From positions 10,207 to 74,206 of the forward strand of contig NZ_DAIOUN010000008.1 in NCBI RefSeq assembly GCF_036759525.1: a stretch of 64,000 nucleotides of DNA, in the 5' to 3' direction. The stretch comes from Flavobacterium sp. (GTDB taxonomy: Bacteria > Bacteroidota > Bacteroidia > Flavobacteriales > Flavobacteriaceae). Position numbers and translations under genes: made by a program. The notes below the pieces were generated by a model that made no database searches, was not told the DNA's origin, and saw only the letters and a list, made by a program, of their open reading frames with translations. Below are positions 48,313 through 56,062 of this stretch, piece after piece (within the stretch, counting starts at the first letter, position 1; each line of letters opens with the position of its first letter).

Positions 48313-50277
48313 TTGAAACCAAAGTATCAATTTGCAAAAGATTTAAGAGGCTTGTTTTCTAATATAAGATTAGATTTTAGCTTTAAAAACCTAGGGTATT
48401 TACCTCGATGGGTGGTACTTCTTTTGGATGTTTTTATTGTAGTTTTTTCCGGAATTGTAACCTTTTTACTCCTTAGCGGAATTAAACTAAACTACATAAA
48501 TGAAAAATACTATGCTATAGGTTCAATACTATATTTAACAGTAAACATTCTTTATTTTTGGATATTTAGAACCTATTCCGGAATCATTAGGCATTCTTCT
48601 TACATTGATGCATTAAAGATTTTCTTTTCTCAGTCGTCAACCCTAATTACCTTTGTTGTTGTCAATTTTATTACAGTTTTAAATAACAGCGAAAAGATAT
48701 TTTTAAACACTGGAATCTTCATTCATGCCGTACTGTCATTTAGTTTGTTGTTTTTTTATCGCGTTGTAGTAAAACAAGTTTTTGAAAGGTATTTCAACGC
48801 AGTAAATGACACTAAAAAAGAGAAAGTTTTAATATACGGTACCGATGCGAATGCTATTGCAGTAGCCAATGCTTTAAAATCAGAAGTCCCGCAACGTTTC
48901 AAGATTATTGGTTTTATTGATAAAAAAAATCAAAACAATACCAAAAGAATACTTGATTTGCCCATTTTACATCTTAAAAGACGTATTCCGGTAATTATGC
49001 GACTTTACAAATCGGAAGCTTTAATTATAGCCGATAAAAGTTTGAACAAAGAAGAACGCTCTCAAATTGTTGAAGAATGTTTGGAATACAATTACAAAGC
49101 TTACACAATACCCCTTGTGGCCGATTGGGAAGATAAAAATGAAATTTCTAAAAACATCAAAAATTTTGAAATTCAAGATTTACTCGAACGCAAGCCTATA
49201 GTTTTAGATACTAAAGGGATTTCTTCACAATTGCAAAATAAAAAAGTTATGATTACCGGTGCAGCCGGTTCTATTGGAAGCGAGATCGTAAGGCAAGTAT
49301 TGAGTTTTAAACCGGATACCTTAGTTTTAATTGATCAAGCTGAAACTCCACTTCATAATTTGTCTATAGAAATTGCACAGTTGAATCAGTTTGTACAAGT
49401 AAAAACTATAATTGGTGATATTCGGAATTACGAATTTTTAGAACATTTATTTAAGATTTTTAAACCCGATGTTGTATATCATGCAGCGGCCTACAAACAT
49501 GTGCCTTTGATGGAAGATAATCCGGCACAAGCCGTTTTTACAAATATTCAAGGTACAAAAAACCTTGCCGATTTAGCTCTTGAGTTTGGAGTAGAAAGGT
49601 TTGTGATGATTTCTACAGATAAAGCAGTTAATCCTAGCAGCGTCATGGGGGCGAGTAAAAGAATTGCAGAAATGTATGTACAATCCCTTCATTTTAAAAA
49701 CCGAAAAAAATCTTCTGATACGTACACTAAATTTATAACTACAAGATTTGGTAATGTTTTGGGATCAAATGGTTCGGTAGTGCCTCTTTTTACTAAACAA
49801 ATTCAAGAAGGCGGACCTATAACGATAACCCATCCAGAAATAATAAGGTATTTTATGACCATTCCCGAGGCATGTCAATTGGTGCTGGAGGCTGGTGCTA
49901 TGGGATGTGGAGGTGAGATTTTTATTTTTGATATGGGTGAGCCGGTTAAAATTATTGATTTAGCCAAAAAAATGATTCGTTTAGCGGGGTATATTCCGGA
50001 CAGAGATATAAAAATAAAAATTGTAGGTTTAAGACCCGGCGAAAAATTATTTGAAGAACTTCTTAATGATACAGCCAAAAATTTAGCAACACACAATGAG
50101 AAAATTATGATTGCCGAAGAGGTTTGTGAAGATCATGAAGTTGTAGCTGATTTAATTGAAGATTTGATAATTTCTGCTCATTTAAAGTCCAATCAGATTA
50201 TAGTATCGAAAATGAAAAAAATTGTTCCTGAGTTTAAAAGTATGAATTCTGTATTTCAAGAACTTGATATTCGATAA
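48313..50277 (+). CDS. Membrane-bound UDP-sugar 4,6-dehydratase (CapD/PglF/WbpM family)
   Basis: Four N-terminal TM helices precede a Rossmann motif (ITGAAGSIGSEI), and YKHV supplies the catalytic Tyr/Lys of the SDR core. The only in-frame start near the N-terminus is the TTG at 48313. Confidence 0.88.
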   Translation: MKPKYQFAKDLRGLFSNIRLDFSFKNLGYLPRWVVLLLDVFIVVFSGIVTFLLLSGIKLNYINEKYYAIGSILYLTVNILYFWIFRTYSGIIRHSSYIDALKIFFSQSSTLITFVVVNFITVLNNSEKIFLNTGIFIHAVLSFSLLFFYRVVVKQVFERYFNAVNDTKKEKVLIYGTDANAIAVANALKSEVPQRFKIIGFIDKKNQNNTKRILDLPILHLKRRIPVIMRLYKSEALIIADKSLNKEERSQIVEECLEYNYKAYTIPLVADWEDKNEISKNIKNFEIQDLLERKPIVLDTKGISSQLQNKKVMITGAAGSIGSEIVRQVLSFKPDTLVLIDQAETPLHNLSIEIAQLNQFVQVKTIIGDIRNYEFLEHLFKIFKPDVVYHAAAYKHVPLMEDNPAQAVFTNIQGTKNLADLALEFGVERFVMISTDKAVNPSSVMGASKRIAEMYVQSLHFKNRKKSSDTYTKFITTRFGNVLGSNGSVVPLFTKQIQEGGPITITHPEIIRYFMTIPEACQLVLEAGAMGCGGEIFIFDMGEPVKIIDLAKKMIRLAGYIPDRDIKIKIVGLRPGEKLFEELLNDTAKNLATHNEKIMIAEEVCEDHEVVADLIEDLIISAHLKSNQIIVSKMKKIVPEFKSMNSVFQELDIR

Positions 50278-50301
50278 TCTATAAATATTAACAATTAAAA
50301 C

Positions 50302-50309
50302 TATATTTG
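50302..50309 (+). promoter_or_regulatory. -7 promoter box (TAtaTTTG) for wza
   Basis: Exact match, 25 nt upstream of the ATG at 50335. The 13-mer TATATTTGCCCAA is identical to the one at the susC promoter. Confidence 0.45.
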
Positions 50310-50334
50310 CCCAAAATACTAACCCAATATTTTC

Positions 50335-51102
50335 ATGAAAAATAATTCTCTATTCCTCATTCTGTTTGCAAGTATCCTTTTTTCCTGCGTGCCTGCCAAG
50401 GATGTAGTTTATTTTCAAGGTATTGATAATGCAAATTCTACAGCGTCTGTTAATTATGAACCCGTTATAAAAGCGGATGATATTTTGTATATAAATGTTT
50501 CAACACTAGATCCCAAGGCAGCAGAACCTTTCAATCTAGGAAATACAGAAGGCCAAGGTACCGGTGGAGCAGGAGGCGGTGTGCAACTTCAAAGATTGAC
50601 TTATTTAGTTAAAAATGACGGTACAATTCAATTTCCCGTTTTAGGTACGCTCAAAGTTGGTGGTTTAACAAAAGCCGAAGTGACTCATATGGTTTCATCC
50701 CGAATTTCAGAATTTGCTAAAGATGCAGTCATAAATATACGAATAATGAATTTTAAAATTTCGGTTCTAGGTGAGGTAAATTCTCCGGGTTCTTTTGTCA
50801 TAACCAATGAAAGAATTACAATTCCGGAAGCTTTGGCGTTAGCTGGAGATATGACGTTGTTTGGTAAAAGAGAAAATATCTTATTAATCAGAGAAGTACA
50901 GGGGGTCAAATCAACTTTAAGACTGGATATGACAAATCCCGAAATTATAAATTCGCCCTATTATTATTTAACGCAAAACGATGTACTGTACATCGAACCC
51001 AATAAACGTAAAATAAATTCAACTGCAATAGGTCCGAACATCTTGGCAGGAATTTCTATTTTAGGTTTTGCTATAACTACAGTGCTTTTGTTAACCAAGT
51101 AA
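50335..51102 (+). CDS. wza: Polysaccharide export outer-membrane protein (Wza family)
   Basis: Lipobox LFSC. The Poly_export-type segment is ...YEPVIKADDILYINVS..., and an SLBB-like region follows. Confidence 0.88.
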   Translation: MKNNSLFLILFASILFSCVPAKDVVYFQGIDNANSTASVNYEPVIKADDILYINVSTLDPKAAEPFNLGNTEGQGTGGAGGGVQLQRLTYLVKNDGTIQFPVLGTLKVGGLTKAEVTHMVSSRISEFAKDAVINIRIMNFKISVLGEVNSPGSFVITNERITIPEALALAGDMTLFGKRENILLIREVQGVKSTLRLDMTNPEIINSPYYYLTQNDVLYIEPNKRKINSTAIGPNILAGISILGFAITTVLLLTK

Positions 51103-51108
51103 TTTCTC

Positions 51109-53496
51109 ATGCAAAATAGTAATCCTATTAAAGAAACTTCGGAAATCATTGATTCCAAAATAAATTTATCTGAACAAATCTTTCGATATCTCAAAAATTG
51201 GAAATGGTTTGTTTTAAGTGTTTTCTTATGTTTGTCAATTGCCTATATTTATTTGAGATATCAAATAACACAATACGGACTAACTACCACAATACTCATT
51301 AAAGATGATAAAAAAGGAGGAGCTTCAGAGTTAGACGCCTTTAGTGATTTGGGAGTTTTAGGGGTTAAAAAAAGTAATTTGGAAAATGAAATCCAAATCT
51401 TAAAATCCAGAACTTTATCTCAAAATATTATCAAAGAACTTCGTTTTAATGTTTCGTTTTTTGCTGAAGGAAGAATTATAACTCCCGAGCTTTACCATAA
51501 TTCTCCCATAAATATTGAGTTTGAAAAAGACAGTTCAGCATTTGTGAATTCAAATGCTACTTTTTACTACAGTCCAATTGATCAAGACTTTTTTGAATTG
51601 GCCGATGCCAACAAGGAAAATGTTAAAAAATATAAGTTTGGTTCTTTTTTTGAGACCAAATTGGGTAAAATGAGGGTTGTAAAAACAGCCAAACACGCCA
51701 AAAACGACAATACTATAATTATAAAAATAGCACCTATTAATGCTGTTGCGGCCTCCTACCAAGGAAATCTTAAAGTAGCACAAATGGGAGATCAAACCAG
51801 TATAATTCAATTATCTGTAGTTGACCCTTTGCCTCAAAAGGGAATTGATTTTCTAAATACCGTTGTTTTAAAGTTCAATCAAGATGCATTGGCCGACAAA
51901 AATCTTATTGCCAAAAATACTCAAGATTTTATTGATGAAAGACTCGGTATAATCACAGGAGAACTTGATACCGTTGAACGGTATGCTGAACGTTTTAAGA
52001 AAGAAAATAGATTAACAGACTTAACTTCAGATGCCGGTTTAAATTTATCAACATCATCAGAATATGAAAAAGCAATTGTAGAGAATGGTAAGGAACTTAA
52101 AGTGATTGAATTTATGCTTAATTCAATTGCCAATTCCTCATTAGATCAAACCATTCCTTCAAATATTATCCCAAGTGGTGGCTCGGCAACCTTAATTAAT
52201 GAGCATAATGTTTTGGTTCTTGAACGTTTGAGATTTTTAAAAAATGTTTCCCCAAATCATCCTTCTGTAGCTACTTTTGACCAACAAATATTAGGTTATA
52301 AATCCAATATAAAAGAGAGTTTAAAAAATTTAAAAAACTCTTTACTCATTGAAAAAGGCCAATTGCAAATGCAAGAGTCCAAATACAATTCAAAAGTAAC
52401 CCAAGTACCCACTTTAGACCGGAAATACAGAACCATAGATAGACAACAAAACATTAAAGAGGCTTTGTATTTGTATTTAAGACAAAAACAAGAAGAAACG
52501 GCCATTTCCTTAGCTGTTACTTCACCCAAAGCCAAGGTGATTGATGCGGCTTATTCTATTGGAGTGGTGGCTCCAAATAAGTCAAATATTTATCTAATAG
52601 CCTTATTCATTGGCTTGTTTATACCGCTATCTATTATTTATATTATCCAACTTCTTGATACTAAAATACATTCGAGAAACGATCTTGAAAAATACCTAAA
52701 CTTACCCTTTTTGGGTGATATCCCTTTGTCTGAGTCGAGTGACGAAGTGATGACATCTGATAGTAGATCAAGTACAGCAGAGTCGTTCCGTATTCTGTTG
52801 ACCAATTTAGATTTCATGTTGGCCAATACAACTCACAATCAAGCCAAAACAATCTTCGTTACCTCTACTATCCCAAAAGAAGGAAAAACGTTTATTGCTG
52901 TAAATATTGCTAGTACTTTGGCTCTATACGGTAAAAAAGTATTACTTATTGGAATGGATTTAAGACACCCCAAAATTTCTGAATACATTTCTATCGATAA
53001 CAATATTGGTTTGAGTAATTACCTTTCAAGTGATAAATTGGCTGTGTCTGACATTATTCATAAACAACCTGGTTCAAAAGATTTTTGGGTAATGCCATCC
53101 GGAATTATCCCCCCAAATCCTGCCGAATTATTGAATACAGGAAAAATTGCAGAGTTGTTTGAAACTCTCAAAAGCCAATATGACTATATCGTAGTTGATA
53201 CAGCTCCGGTTAGTTTAGTTACCGATACATTATTGGTTAGTAGGTTTGCTGATGTTTTTATCTATATTGTCAGGGCTAACTACCTTAAAAAGCATTCGTT
53301 GGTAATTCCGAAAGCCTTACATAAAGAAAATAAGTTACCCAATATGGCCTTAATTTTGAACGGTACCGATCCTCAAAAAACCTACGGTTATGGCTACGGC
53401 TATGGCTATGGCTATGGTTATGGCTATGGCTATGGTTATGGTGTAGAATTAGATAAGTCTGCTGAGCCTTGGTACAAAAGATGGTTTAAACGTTAG
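51109..53496 (+). CDS. wzc: Polysaccharide co-polymerase / BY-kinase (Wzc-like tyrosine autokinase) with a C-terminal (YG)10 tail
   Basis: Two TM helices flank a large periplasmic Wzz-like region. Walker A is PKEGKTF, Walker A' is LLIGMDLR and Walker B is DYIVVDTAP. The C-terminus is ...KTYGYGYGYGYGYGYGYGYGYGVELD... Confidence 0.9.
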   Translation: MQNSNPIKETSEIIDSKINLSEQIFRYLKNWKWFVLSVFLCLSIAYIYLRYQITQYGLTTTILIKDDKKGGASELDAFSDLGVLGVKKSNLENEIQILKSRTLSQNIIKELRFNVSFFAEGRIITPELYHNSPINIEFEKDSSAFVNSNATFYYSPIDQDFFELADANKENVKKYKFGSFFETKLGKMRVVKTAKHAKNDNTIIIKIAPINAVAASYQGNLKVAQMGDQTSIIQLSVVDPLPQKGIDFLNTVVLKFNQDALADKNLIAKNTQDFIDERLGIITGELDTVERYAERFKKENRLTDLTSDAGLNLSTSSEYEKAIVENGKELKVIEFMLNSIANSSLDQTIPSNIIPSGGSATLINEHNVLVLERLRFLKNVSPNHPSVATFDQQILGYKSNIKESLKNLKNSLLIEKGQLQMQESKYNSKVTQVPTLDRKYRTIDRQQNIKEALYLYLRQKQEETAISLAVTSPKAKVIDAAYSIGVVAPNKSNIYLIALFIGLFIPLSIIYIIQLLDTKIHSRNDLEKYLNLPFLGDIPLSESSDEVMTSDSRSSTAESFRILLTNLDFMLANTTHNQAKTIFVTSTIPKEGKTFIAVNIASTLALYGKKVLLIGMDLRHPKISEYISIDNNIGLSNYLSSDKLAVSDIIHKQPGSKDFWVMPSGIIPPNPAELLNTGKIAELFETLKSQYDYIVVDTAPVSLVTDTLLVSRFADVFIYIVRANYLKKHSLVIPKALHKENKLPNMALILNGTDPQKTYGYGYGYGYGYGYGYGYGYGVELDKSAEPWYKRWFKR
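53383..53442 (+). repeat. In-frame hexanucleotide microsatellite (TAY GGY)x10 encoding (Tyr-Gly)10
   Basis: Read directly: tac ggt tat ggc tac ggc tat ggc tat ggc tat ggt tat ggc tat ggc tat ggt tat ggt. Confidence 0.95.
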
Positions 53497-54230
53497 AATT
53501 TAAATAATTGGTTGTTTTGAAATGCTAGCTCAAGAGGTTCGATGGCCTTGATAGTTATAGGGTTGTAAAAAGCTTGGGCATGTTTTTGATGATGGATATC
53601 AGAACCAACAAAATCAATGAAGTCGTTTTCGAGAAGTTTTTGAGCCTGTTTTGAAACGATTTCTCCATAATATCCGGTTGTGGATAGTAAATTTAGCTGA
53701 AAAAGGCAGCCTGCTTTTTTCAGCTTTTTATATTCTTCAAAGCGTGAATAGTAAAACAAATAGCGTTCTGGGTGGGCTAATATGGGTTTGTAACCGGCTA
53801 CTTGAACTTCATAAATTAGATCGTACAATTGTGCCGGTGGAGCTAAATAGGACATTTCTACCAAAACGTAAAAATCTTTTACAGTTAAAAGTTTTTCGGA
53901 ATGAATGTTTTGAAAAAAAGAAGCATCCATCATGTATTCTGCGGCAGTATGTAAAGGGATTGTTAGGTTAATTTCGTTCAAGTGCTGTTTTACTTTTTCG
54001 GTTACCTCATTGATTTTTTCCGGCGTGTTATTCCATAGATTTGCAATAACATGTGGGGTTGTGGTAATGGGTCCAAAACCTAAAGTTTTCATGGTGTGAA
54101 TAAGCTCAACGGTCTCGGCAAAAGATTTAGAACCATCGTCTAATCCCGGAAGGATATGCGAATGGATATCCGCAAATTCATCCGGTATGAATGAGGCTAG
54201 TGAAGGTTTTTTTTTCTTGAAAAAAATCAA
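53493..54230 (-). CDS. PHP-family protein-tyrosine phosphatase (CpsB/CapC/YwqE type)
   Basis: The N-terminal metal-binding motif DIHSHILPGLDDGS and later His-rich motifs (...GSDIHH...) are present. Its stop codon overlaps the wzc stop codon. Confidence 0.85.
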   Translation of the reverse strand: MIFFKKKKPSLASFIPDEFADIHSHILPGLDDGSKSFAETVELIHTMKTLGFGPITTTPHVIANLWNNTPEKINEVTEKVKQHLNEINLTIPLHTAAEYMMDASFFQNIHSEKLLTVKDFYVLVEMSYLAPPAQLYDLIYEVQVAGYKPILAHPERYLFYYSRFEEYKKLKKAGCLFQLNLLSTTGYYGEIVSKQAQKLLENDFIDFVGSDIHHQKHAQAFYNPITIKAIEPLELAFQNNQLFKF

Positions 54231-54285
54231 AGCAGTGTTTTGGAATTAGCTAACAAATTAGAGTAAAGATAGTTAAAACCCTTTT

Positions 54286-55875
54286 TTAATCCATTTCTGA
54301 GGTAAAAAATAGTTTCACCGTTGGAAATTTACTTTGCGTCATTTGAATGGTAAACTCAGAATCGGCTAAGAAAACCAATTGACCGTATTTGTCATGAGCT
54401 AAGAACTTTTGTTTGATTCGCTTAAATTCGGCAAATTCACTGTTTTTGGGATCTTCCGGTTTTACCCAACAGGCTTTGTGTGCCGGAAAGTTTTCATAGT
54501 TGCATTTGGCTCCGTATTCGTGTTCCAAGCGGTACTGAATTACTTCATATTGCAGAGCCCCTACCGTACCAATTACTTTACGGTTGTTCATTTCCAATGT
54601 AAAAAGCTGTGCAACGCCTTCATCCATAAGTTGGTCTACTCCTTTTTCGAGTTGTTTGGATTTGAGCGGATCGGCATTATTGATGTATCTGAAATGTTCC
54701 GGCGAAAAACTGGGTATTCCTTTGAAGCTCATGAGTTCACCTTCTGTGAGAGTATCTCCAATTTTAAAGTTTCCGGTATCGTGTAGTCCTACAATATCGC
54801 CGGGATACGAAATGTCTACAATTTCTTTACGCTCTGCAAAAAAAGCATTGGGGCTCGAAAATTTTAGAGCTTTGTTTAATCTCACGTGTGTGTAGGGTTT
54901 GTTTCTTTCAAAAGTACCCGATACAATTTTAACAAAGGCCAAACGGTCGCGGTGTTTGGGGTCCATATTGGCGTGGATTTTAAATACAAATCCCGACATT
55001 TTGGTTTCAGTGGGTTCTACGGTTCTGGAATCAGAATCTTTGGCTCGTGGAGAAGGAGCAATTTCAATAAAACAATCCAATAATTCACGAACGCCAAAAT
55101 TGTTTAAAGCCGATCCGAAAAAAACCGGTTGTAGCGTTCCTTCCAGATATTCTTCTCTGGAGAAAGGTGGGTAGACTTCGTCTATTAATTCGAGTTCCTC
55201 TCTGAGTTTTTCTGCGGCTTTGCTACCAATAATTTTTTCCAATTCGGGATTGTGAATGTCTGAAAACGCAATGGTGTCTTCGATGTTTTTTCGACTGTCT
55301 CCACTAAAAATATTGATGTTTTTTTCCCAAAGGTTGTAAATGCCTTGAAAATCATACCCCATGCCTATAGGAAAGCTCAAAGGAGCTACTCGTAATTTCA
55401 GCTTTTTCTCTACTTCATCCATTAGGTCAAAAGCGTCTTTTCCTTCACGATCCAATTTGTTTATAAAAACAATCATAGGGATATTTCGCATGCGACAAAC
55501 TTCAACCAATTTTTCGGTTTGTTCTTCCACCCCTTTGGCTACATCTATCACCACTATAACGCTATCTACAGCAGTTAGGGTTCTGAATGTGTCTTCGGCA
55601 AAATCTTTATGTCCCGGAGTATCTAATATGTTGATTTTTTTATCCTTATAATTAAAAGCCAAAACCGATGTGGCTACCGAAATACCTCTTTGGCGTTCAA
55701 TTTCCATAAAATCGGATGTAGCTCCTTTTTTGATTTTATTGTTTTTTACGGCACCGGCTTCTTGAATGGCCCCACCAAAAAGCAGAAGCTTTTCTGTGAG
55801 TGTTGTTTTTCCGGCATCGGGATGCGAAATAATACCAAATGTGCGTCTTCTTTTAATTTCTTCTGTAAAACTCAT
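54286..55875 (-). CDS. prfC: Peptide chain release factor 3
   Basis: The N-terminus RRTFGIISHPDAGKTTLTEKLLLFGGAIQEAGAVK and the motifs DTPGH and NKLD are present. The length is 529 aa. Confidence 0.96.
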   Translation of the reverse strand: MSFTEEIKRRRTFGIISHPDAGKTTLTEKLLLFGGAIQEAGAVKNNKIKKGATSDFMEIERQRGISVATSVLAFNYKDKKINILDTPGHKDFAEDTFRTLTAVDSVIVVIDVAKGVEEQTEKLVEVCRMRNIPMIVFINKLDREGKDAFDLMDEVEKKLKLRVAPLSFPIGMGYDFQGIYNLWEKNINIFSGDSRKNIEDTIAFSDIHNPELEKIIGSKAAEKLREELELIDEVYPPFSREEYLEGTLQPVFFGSALNNFGVRELLDCFIEIAPSPRAKDSDSRTVEPTETKMSGFVFKIHANMDPKHRDRLAFVKIVSGTFERNKPYTHVRLNKALKFSSPNAFFAERKEIVDISYPGDIVGLHDTGNFKIGDTLTEGELMSFKGIPSFSPEHFRYINNADPLKSKQLEKGVDQLMDEGVAQLFTLEMNNRKVIGTVGALQYEVIQYRLEHEYGAKCNYENFPAHKACWVKPEDPKNSEFAEFKRIKQKFLAHDKYGQLVFLADSEFTIQMTQSKFPTVKLFFTSEMD

Positions 55876-55894
55876 AGCTCATGTATAGGGTGTG

Positions 55895-55902
55895 CAAAAA
55901 TA
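55895..55902 (-). promoter_or_regulatory. -7 promoter box (TAttTTTG on the minus strand) for prfC
   Basis: The plus strand reads CAAAAATA. It lies 19 nt upstream of the prfC ATG. Confidence 0.4.
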
Positions 55903-56062
55903 GTATTTATTGCCCAAAAATGGGCAAACTATTTTCGTTAATAAATTTTTGTTAATAGTGTGGGCTATACTTGTATAATGTCTTTGAATTGTTAATTTTG
56001 TGAGTTGCTAGGTCTAGTGGGCCTTGCGTTGTTCTATTGAATATTAACCTGTTTTTTAGCCT

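Noticed and set aside
54409-55941. A chain of six plus-strand ORFs (65-125 aa) antisense to prfC, and the 106-aa ORF 53651-53971 antisense to the phosphatase gene
   Set aside because: They tile the antisense strand of well-supported genes in shifting frames and carry no recognisable motifs. They are typical shadow ORFs.
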